Translations under genes and position numbers: made by a program
Shown: positions 13,961-21,729 of the stretch, in pieces
Layout of the letters: each line of letters opens with the position of its first letter
Position numbering within the stretch: the stretch's first letter is position 1
Notes under the pieces: generated by a model
Seen by the model: the letters and a program-made list of their open reading frames with translations, nothing else
Databases searched by the model: none
Told to the model about the DNA's origin: nothing
Origin: the human T2T-CHM13v2.0 reference genome, Homo sapiens
Length of the DNA: 64,000 nucleotides
Reading direction: 5' to 3' (one strand)
Assembly (NCBI RefSeq): GCF_009914755.1
Contig: NC_060929.1

Positions 13961-15711
13961 CTTCTTAGGAGATTCTTCCCAAAGGACTTTAGGACAAACA
14001 TAAAGGCCAAGGGGCAAATCTCATAGCCACTGGGATTGTGGAGTAGAAAGGCTTCTCTTTATGGTACAGTTCATTGAGCTCTAAAGTAACTTGCCTGAAA
14101 GTCACAGAGTTAGTTGAAAGCAGAGCCAGGAGCCTGAGCCAGAATTAAATGAATCTAGTTGAACAGGGCACTAATACAGCAATTAAACCTCCATGAATTA
14201 ATCAGCTTTGTAATCAGGCACAGTCATTTTTCTCTTGGCAACGTCTGGGTTAGAGAACTATTATCTGCCACTGTGTTCCTGTCCCTCTTGTCTAGACCGT
14301 TTGAGTGAATGAATAGCCAGTTTTGGAAGACCCGGCACTAAGGGGCATTTTAAAGTTTCTGTTGGAGAAACGTTTATATACACTAAATTTGTGATGGAAA
14401 TAAAAGCCTTTAAAGTAGGTTTATACAGTTAATTGACAGACACTCTTGGAACAGGTACTTTAGTTTCAAAGGATTAACCATGTTCCCTAACTTCCTTTTG
14501 AAGTCTTAATTTGCCTTATAAAAAAATCCACTTTCTATCTTTCTTGGGACTTGTGGAAGAAGGTGCTTTTGTTGCTATAATTAAGCATAAAATAAGCACA
14601 TTGCATTTACTGGGTTGTTTCCTAGCCAAGGCCATTGGGTTTGGGGGACTCAGCGCACAGCTGACTACTGCAGGACTACTACTGTGGTTATGACCATAGT
14701 AAGTTTCAAGCGCAAAGTTACTAGAGGGATAATTCTGGGGGTGGGGTTAGGGAGGGAAGAGTAGCCAGGGTGGTATCCTAGTTACACACAGCTCATTCCT
14801 GCTTTATTTTGGGGTTGTGTGAAATTTTCTATTGCTATCTTTGTTGACATTATGCCTCTGCAACAGCCTCTATCACATGTAATGTAGCCTCTCTCACTTC
14901 ATGCAACAAGCTTCTGAGGAGTGGAGGGAAAACGAGATCACATCACAGCTGATATGCCCTAATTGACTTGCTTCTAAAACATGTTAATTTTTGAGAGGTA
15001 AATCACAGACTTATTTTCTAATAAGAATAACCTGGGTTTTTTTCTCAAGAGTTAGCATTGTCTCACGTGGAGTGAGCTACAGTCTTTGTCCCTAGTCCCA
15101 GCCAGCACTATTTATGGTTAAGTCTTTCTAGAACCGGAACTTTTCTGAACAGAGGAACTTTTCTGAACAGATTTGACATTACCCAGACGCTTGTTCTGGA
15201 AATGGAGGCCCTTCTGTGTTTTCTCTGCCTCTGGCTTGCTTTTGTGAAAAGCCGGCCTCTCGCCTTGCAGGCGCAGTTTAGGATGAAAGTGCAATAGTTC
15301 TCAGAATTAAGCACAGCCAGGCACAGACACACAGATAAAGGGCTTTGGAAGCAAAGAAAAACTGGGAGTGTGTATAGGTGAGGAAACAGAAAAGGGGACA
15401 GCTGTGTGTGTGTTTCTGAGGTGGTGGTGCTGGTGGGGAGGATATTTGTTCATCAGAATGCTAAAGGAGCAGCATAAAAATTCCATCCCCTCTGTGCTGG
15501 GCAAACCAGCGCGTGTCACTTTCAGGCCAGGCGTGCGGGCAGCAGTGGGCAGCCAGGCACCCCTGGGGGCTTCAGCACCCGCACCCCTTGCCCACGGGTC
15601 GGTAGGCCACACAGCCATCAGGCTGGCTTGGGGTACGTGCGGGGCTGGCTGCGGGTGGGGGTGCGAGGGGGTCCGCCGGCGGCCCCCCCGCGGGGAGGGA
15701 ACGGTTCTTAC

Positions 15712-15862
15712 AGTCACTGCTCAGCGCGAAGGGCGCGCGGCGGCGGCCGAGGGAGCGGTCTTCGGCGGGCGCCTCGGGAGGCCTCTTACCGGCGGGCAGC
15801 GGGAAGGCGGACGCGGTGTGGAGCAGCACCAGGCAGACAGCCACGACATCCCATAACTTCAT
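15712..15862 (-). CDS. GDNF: GDNF first coding exon, coding part (signal peptide + pro-region, alpha/long form, codons 1-50 + 1 nt); the rest of the CDS is in a downstream exon outside the window
   Basis: Translation MKLWDVVAVCLVLLHTASAFPLPAGKRPPEAPAEDRSLGRRRAPFALSSD matches the human prepro-GDNF N-terminus. ATG at 15862 (context AAG ATG A). Donor GACT|GTAAGA after 15712, giving 151 coding nt. Confidence 0.98.
15790..15862 (-). CDS. GDNF: GDNF beta (short pro-domain) form of the same exon, using an internal donor
   Basis: GCCG|GTAAGA with GT at 15789-15788 is exactly 78 nt (26 codons) upstream of the alpha donor and in the same phase. This matches the known 26-aa-shorter beta pro-GDNF. Confidence 0.93.
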
Positions 15863-15940
15863 CTTAAAGTCCCGTCCGGCGGCGGCACCTGCGCGGGCAG
15901 GCGGGAGGTGGGGGAGAGAACCGCAGAATGCACGTTAAGC
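15863..15940 (-). other. GDNF: Acceptor region and 26-nt 5' UTR portion of the GDNF coding exon
   Basis: Minus strand reads CTTAAC (branch-point-like, 15939-15934), then a pyrimidine tract, then CCCGCGCAG|GTGCCGCCGCCGGACGGGACTTTAAG ATG. The exon begins at 15888. Confidence 0.9.
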
Positions 15941-16460
15941 CTGGGCTCCCTGCGGGTCCCTGCGCCCCTCTCCAACCTCGTCACCGCCCTCCTCCGGCAC
16001 CGCTGCAGGCCAGCGGCTCCTCGGGCACTCCTGCCCTCCTTGCAAGTCCCCAGTTCGCTTCTCCCTCCTCAGCGCGCCCCAGGAGCAGCTCGCACTCCTG
16101 GTTCAGGTTGCAGCTGCCCTTCTCCACCACACGGTCTTAGGGGTCAGAGTTTCAAGCAGGGCTGCTGTCCCCTCCAGTTAACCCCCCACCCCCACCACCA
16201 CGATTCCTGTCCAGTCCCCTCTACTGGTGCGCAACATCCCCCATTCCTGGGGGGCAATCGGGTAGTTCCCACCCTTCGTCCTCCACCCCAACCAGAGACC
16301 TCCCCTTCTTGTCCCGGTAGCTCCTATAGGCCCCTGAACGAGCCCTCGGCCCAAGCAAGGACGGTGTTTCTCTTTGGAAATAAAATCAAGCGCATTCCCC
16401 TGCCTCGGGTCCCAACCGGGCTTCTGGCTAGTCGAGGGCAGGCTCGGGGGCACCACTCAC

Positions 16461-16557
16461 CCAGCCTGCCGCCCACACCTCATTCTTCCCACCTAAATAG
16501 GTATTCTGTTGCGAGAGCAAGAAGTTAGCAGGGACTTGGAGACTTTTGGCCTGTATG
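16461..16557 (-). other. GDNF: Alternative non-coding GDNF first exon (5' end approximate)
   Basis: Strong donor GCTGG|GTGAGT after 16461, about 570 nt upstream of the coding-exon acceptor. Several GDNF first exons are known in this intron. Confidence 0.6.
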
Positions 16558-16705
16558 GGATATCTGGTTTAAGTTACTTAACTTCCCAAAGCACTGATTC
16601 GATTTAAAATACTCCTCCCACCTCTTAAAGTTATGAACATTAAATCACGCATGACAAGCTCTAGCGGAACATGTAGTAAGAGCTCAGTAAATGCTTTACC
16701 ATTGC
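16545..16705 (+). mobile_element. Degenerate MIR lying between and abutting the two intron-1 alternative exons
   Basis: aagttacttaacttccc ... acatgtagtaagagctcagtaaatgct resembles the MIR core and 3' end. Confidence 0.5.
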
Positions 16706-16724
16706 TGTTAGGCAAAGACTGCAT
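16700..16724 (-). CDS. GDNF: Coding part of an alternative GDNF first exon giving a 17-aa N-terminal extension (MQSLPNSNG-AAAGRDFK-MKLW...)
   Basis: ATG at 16724 and donor AATG|GTAAAG after 16700. 25+26=51 nt places it in frame with the GDNF ATG. Matches my recollection of the 228-aa human isoform starting MQSLPNSNGAAAGRDFK. The exon 5' end was not determined. Confidence 0.8.
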
Positions 16725-17499
16725 TTGTCTTGAAAGTTTTAATCCTCCGTGGTATACCCGAAAACCCTCTCTTGACTGGATTTTTGCACCTTTGAGAGAT
16801 TCTGGCCCTAATCCCTTCCCCTCCCAGAGGAGTCACTGGCTCCCCGCGCCCCCGTCACGCCTGGACGACTGTACCCAGTCTCGGACGCTTTGGAGGTGCT
16901 CTGGCACTGGAAGGCCTAGACCGTGGTACGGCGCAGAGTAGGGGGTTCAGCTCTTTTCAGCCCGAGGTGGGCTCTGTTTGGCTTCTCAATCCTCACACCC
17001 CTACAAAGGAGGGCCACGCAGCTGGGGGTGGGTTAGAAAAAGGGGCTGTAAATTTGGGGGCGAGTTCCAACCAATGAGGAGACGGGGAAGAACCGAGGCA
17101 TCTTGGGGTGCAGTGTTATCCAGTGCCTTCCTAATCCCAGGGTTCGTCTCCAGGGCACTAGTGACCTAGAGAGAATCTCCTCAAGCGGAATCTGCGAGAT
17201 TCGTGCAGTCGATTATCCTATCCCCTCGACCGGCTCCATAAAACGGTTCTTAGGAAAAACTCGATTTTTTTTTTCCCATGCGGGAGGGAAATGCAAAACC
17301 CAGGTTAATGCAAAAACCTCAGTGCCTTTCCTAGCCATTAGTTCACAGGCACCCCCGCCTCCATTCCAGGGTTCCAGTCCTCATCTCTACCCGGAACCCC
17401 ACTCCCTGTCCCGGTGCAGGCAACCCGGGGAAGCCTTTAATTCGGCCGCCACCTCCCACCTCTGCAGAGACTAATGCATTTTACATCTCCTGAGCGTCT

Positions 17500-18950
17500 G
17501 TTTGTTCGCTATGCAGCTGTTGGGCTCGAGAGGGTGTAGGGACTAGAAACTCCTAGTGACCTGCAGCACCGAGCGCCTCTTGCCTCGCGGGCTGGTTTGC
17601 AAACTCGGGAAAAAGCTAGGTTCTGGGTCGCGATGTGCAGACACAGGAAAACTGCACCAGGCCATGCAAAATGAGCCCAGAAAGGTACTTTGGCAGCTAG
17701 GACCTGGGGAACGCGAGCTTCCCCCCTCAAGCCCCCCGCCGGTGCCAGCTCCCGGGTGCGTGCGAAATGGCTGGCGGTCCGACCGGAGGAGCATGGAGGC
17801 GCGGGGTTAATGCGCCATTCCAAATCGCGGTGCCCGCCAGCAGGAAGCCACAGAGGCACTAGATTTCCCTTCCGTCTTAAGAGGGTTTTCCCTTTTTTCC
17901 TGCTTGGCCGACGGAGGGCTTTTTAAATTGGACGTGGAGATCCTCAATTAGAAGTGTGGCGAAGCTGGCAAAAGACTACACAGTGGAAAACTCCCCGCGT
18001 CGCCAGAGGAGGCTCCCGGCTGCGGTTCCCGCCCTCGGCCGAGCGCCGCCAGCGCCCGGATCGAGCTCCCCTCTTCCCCCGGGACAGGGAGGGCGCATTC
18101 TTCCCTCTGAGCGCCGCCGGGACCGGCTCCAGTCCGAGGGGCTCTTTCGTTCTCGGTATTTGCTGGGCGGGGGAAAAGGGGGGAGGTTGGGGGACTCGGC
18201 ACACACAGCGTCTACTAGGACGTTTTTCTTAGAGTCCGTGTGGGCTCCACCCCTCGGCTTCTCAGTTTGTCTCTCTATCGCTTTCCCAAAACACATCTAC
18301 ATCTGCCCGACGCGCTTCTCCTCAACCATGGGCCTTTGCCCGCGGTGCAAACTGCTTTACGCGCCGCCACGTGCGAGAACCAAGCTCTGCTCCTCAAGTG
18401 ACGGGGGCTCTGCTCTGCCAGGTGACCGCGCACCATTTCTCGTGCCTGGCAAGCTGGTCCCCTTCTGGGTCCGGGACCACCACGTCCCGGCAGGGCAAAA
18501 GCAGCAGGCCGTGGGCGCCGGCACCTGTGGGTCCCCAGGCCTGGGGAGGCAAGGACGCCCAGGAAAGCCACAGAAGTGCTCGCAGAAGCAGCCGCTCGCC
18601 GCGAGGCACTTCTAAGTTCCCGGCAGCAGGGGGCACCAGAAACCGTCTGAGCCGTGTCGCGCCCACGCGGCCCGGAGGCTGTGTTATCATTTTAGTTATA
18701 AAACCGGAGAACCACCACTCCCTCTACGAGCCTCCCGAAATCCCATTAGCCCGGGAACCTGTGGAGGTCCTTACTGGCATCTCTGCTTTTCAGGCTCCCA
18801 CCCCTCCATTCTCGCTGGTTTTCCTCTCCCCACTTCACCTGAGCGGGTTTCTTGGCAACCTGCTTTCAGACCATCCCTCACCCCTTCCACGCGTCACCGT
18901 GACAGATTCGCAGGAGGCAGCGCTCCCGCCGTCAGTGCCCCCGCACCTTC
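17500..18950. promoter_or_regulatory. Intronic CpG island (GDNF intron 1)
   Basis: GC-rich and CpG-dense, with no recognisable repeats. Confidence 0.8.
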
Positions 18951-20572
18951 TTGTGCCTGGCAGGCTGGGAGGTTTGTTTGGGCTTTGCCTTCAAGATCCA
19001 GGTCTCAGAGAGAGAAAAAGGAGGCGGTGGGGCGGGGAGACGGGTTTGCTATAAACTCGGTTTTTTTTTTTTTTTTTTTGGCGGGGGGAGGTAGAGACAG
19101 AAATTGCTGGAAGATCTATTGCTTTTCTTAACTATGCTTCGTGTCCTTGACTGACAGAGGACTTATTCTCCCCTCAACCCCCCATAACTGCGGGGCCCAA
19201 GATGAGGGAAGGAAAAAGAATTTGGGACACTTCTCGCAGGCAAACTGGGAAAGCGGTCTGTTTAAAGGGCCAGGTTCCAGGCCCGAGAGCACCCGAATTG
19301 CTAGCGGGAAAGGGCTAGGGACACGGCGGACTTCCCAGAGATCGGACACTTGTTACTTGTTGAAAAGGCGCCACCTTCCCTGACAAAGCGAAGGCGCAGC
19401 GAAACAGTACGAGTTTGGTCGAGGCCGGCTTTGACGGCTTTGCGGGACTGGGTGCGTGAATGAGGTTGGAAGAAACATCTCTTCCTTGAAATACCTAAGC
19501 ATATATTCCAAACACTGAGCAAGAGTCGAGCGCGTTCTAACATCTCCGCAGCAGGGGCCGGAAGAGTTGCCTTTGTCCCCGCCTATGAGCAGAAGGGTCG
19601 CGAGCTCTGGGATGGGTAAGCCCCCCGGGGGCGCGCACATGGGTCCTGGCGGCGGATTCTACCAAAGCCGAAACTAGCTGGGCCCCAGGAAGCTGGCGGG
19701 AACCCGCGAAAGTCCGTTTCCAGCCCGAAGAGGGTTCGTTTTTCTTCGTTGGGGCAGGAAACAAACCACCAGTGCGGAATTAGCCTCGAGGTGGTGTAAA
19801 GTAGTGGCAGTGGTGGTGGGGTGTTTTTGGAAGGCGGCACAGAGTACAGGAGAAAAAGGGGTCATTAAAATAATAACCTCAATGGCCTAGTGGAGTCTCA
19901 AGAATACGTTCGAGACAGAGATTTGAATCCAGGACTGGCAAGAAAGCCCCTCTCCTAACCTCGACGGGGATGGTTAGTTGGGGTGGAGGGCGTTAGGAAC
20001 GTGCAGGCAACCGGGTGAGGAATGTAGCTTTGCCAGACCTCGCCCGGAGGAGGTGAGCCCTCCATTTTTAGGTTCTCAGCACCTTTGCAGCAGCCCCTCC
20101 CCCGGCCTGCGCTTTTCCTTGGCACAGATCAAAACAAGCTCAATAGTAAGTTGCACTCTTGGCAATGATAGTATCTCTGCACGTCCAGAGAGGACACATT
20201 TCGACGGCGGTGGGTTCGAAGATGACCCAAGCCCTGAATCGTTCTGTGACTTGACGGAAGAGCACCTGGCCGAGTCGGGGAAGGAAACTGCCCCTCTTGG
20301 GCATTCCGGGTCCAGGCGCATCTGGGGCTCCACAGATCTTTGCCCACGTGGAAAAGGCAACATGCCCCTCCGAAAGGCCGGCCTCTCTCCGGTTCTACTT
20401 TTCTCTCTCCTCGCATAGCTTAGGTTCCCTCTAGTCTTTCCACTTTCTACTCTCACCGTTTGCTCTGGGGTCCAGACGCACCCCTCTGACTAGGGCGCCC
20501 TTCAGCCGGCCGCACCCACCCGCGACGCAGGCACCACCCGCTCCCTGCTCCCCGGCCCGCTCCCTCACTTAC

Positions 20573-21678
20573 CTCGGATCGGGTCTCCGCAGACCCTAGG
20601 TTGGACATTAACTCCAGGTGCCCCAAGTCCCAGCCAGGAGACCCATCCGGGCTGATGGCTGGAGCGCGGAGCCCCGCCCAACAGGTCAGGGGCAAGAGTT
20701 CGCAATCCTGGGGTCGCGCGGGGCAGCAAGGGCGCGCTGGAGGCGGCGGCCAAGACTCCCGCCGCCGCCGCCGCCAACAGGGCGAGGGCTGCCGGCAACT
20801 CTCCCGCCGGGCCCCCGCACCCCCAGAAGCCGAGGTCCGAGCAGCCGCCGCTGCTTTGGGTGGGGGGCTGACAGGGCTGCGCGCGTCGCGCTCTTGGCTG
20901 GGGCTGCGCGGGCCCGGGGCGCTGCGGGCGGCTCAGCGGCAGCTGCCGCGCTCTGCGCCTCCTCTGGGCGCACTGCCTGGGAGCACGAGACTGGTTTGTC
21001 TGATGCTGCTGCCGGAGCTGAGGTCTTGCCTGGAGATCCGAACGAGACACCACGTCAACCGGCGCGGGGAGTCCCGTGAAGACATGAGGGCGCCAGGAGC
21101 GCAGGCTGGTCTTCTAGAGCCCGGGCTGGGGGTCCGGGGTCCGGGGTGGGGGAGGGGAGGCGCGGGGCCCCGGGAGGGAGGGGTCGGGAGGCGTCGGCTG
21201 GGCCTGGCGGTGGGGGAGGAGAGGAGAGCAGCGAGGAGGCCCTGGAGTTCCCGAGGCGGGGGGCCGGGGTGCGAGTGGGCGACGCGAGGCGCCCCTCCCT
21301 GGGCTGCAGGGAGAGCGCTGAGAGCGCGGAGACGCCGCGGGGCTAGCGCCTTCTCCTCTCCGGGTGGATCAAAAATCGAGAGGAATGTGCGGCGCTCTGC
21401 GCGGGCCAGCCGAAAGGGGCAATCCGAACTTGACCGCGGCGCCCGCGCCGGGCTTTGCCCCCGCGCGCCGCACTGGGAGGGTGGCGCTCTGCCGGTGCAG
21501 GGCAGCGCCGGGCTTTCCTCGCGCCTGTCGAAGGCCGGCCTTCCCGCTCGGGTGTCTCGCCCTCTCGCTTCTCCGCAGGGCAGGAGGCAGTGGCGAGAAA
21601 AGGAGCTGCCGGCCGGAGTTCTAGCACCGAGAAGGAGAGGTGCGGAGCGGCCGGGTGAGGGAAGCCGAGTATTTGCCA
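20573..21678 (-). other. GDNF: GDNF major non-coding first exon (5' end variable; up to about 1.1 kb if initiated about 30 nt downstream of the TATA box)
   Basis: Near-consensus donor CCGAG|GTAAGTG after 20573, inside a CpG island. The 5' boundary is inferred only from the TATA position, and shorter TSSs are likely. Confidence 0.8.
21500..21654 (+). ncRNA. GDNF-AS1: Candidate first exon of the antisense GDNF-AS1 (GDNFOS), overlapping the long GDNF 5' exon
   Basis: Plus-strand donor CCGG|GTGAGG at 21655 in the CpG island. A head-to-head antisense gene is known at this locus. The start coordinate is a guess. Confidence 0.45.
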
Positions 21679-21701
21679 GGGGACGCTGCGAGTGGGGATG
21701 A

Positions 21702-21729
21702 ATTTATAGGGCTCTCACTCCGTGACGTG
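21702..21729 (-). promoter_or_regulatory. GDNF promoter core: TATA box (TATAAAT, 21708-21702, minus) with a CRE/ATF-like TGACGTG at 21723-21729
   Basis: Both motifs are read directly at the upstream edge of the CpG island, oriented toward exon 1. Confidence 0.7.

Larger units (their letters stand above)
15500..16130. promoter_or_regulatory. CpG island over the GDNF first coding exon
   Basis: GC-rich and CpG-dense. Confidence 0.85.

Noticed and set aside
15571-15591. TTCAGCACC as a REST/RE1 site (also near 61871)
   Set aside because: Only the left half-site; the GGACAG half is missing at canonical spacing.
15572-15711. Continuation of the GDNF ORF to 96 aa (CKNRSLPAGG...)
   Set aside because: Read-through past the canonical donor into intron; no evidence of intron retention from sequence alone.
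15908-19054. Several 200+ aa ORFs (15908-16528, 17956-18615, 18371-19054) in intron 1
   Set aside because: GC-driven stop scarcity, overlapping ORFs in many frames, no recognisable protein.
19050-19090. TATAAA-like motif followed by a T20 tract between CpG islands
   Set aside because: No supporting exon or retroposon body seen; could be a nucleosome-excluding tract but unsupported.
20601-21701. 366-aa plus-strand ORF antisense to GDNF exon 1
   Set aside because: TTG start, low-complexity Arg/Gly/Ala/Pro composition, no domain; expected in a very GC-rich CpG island.
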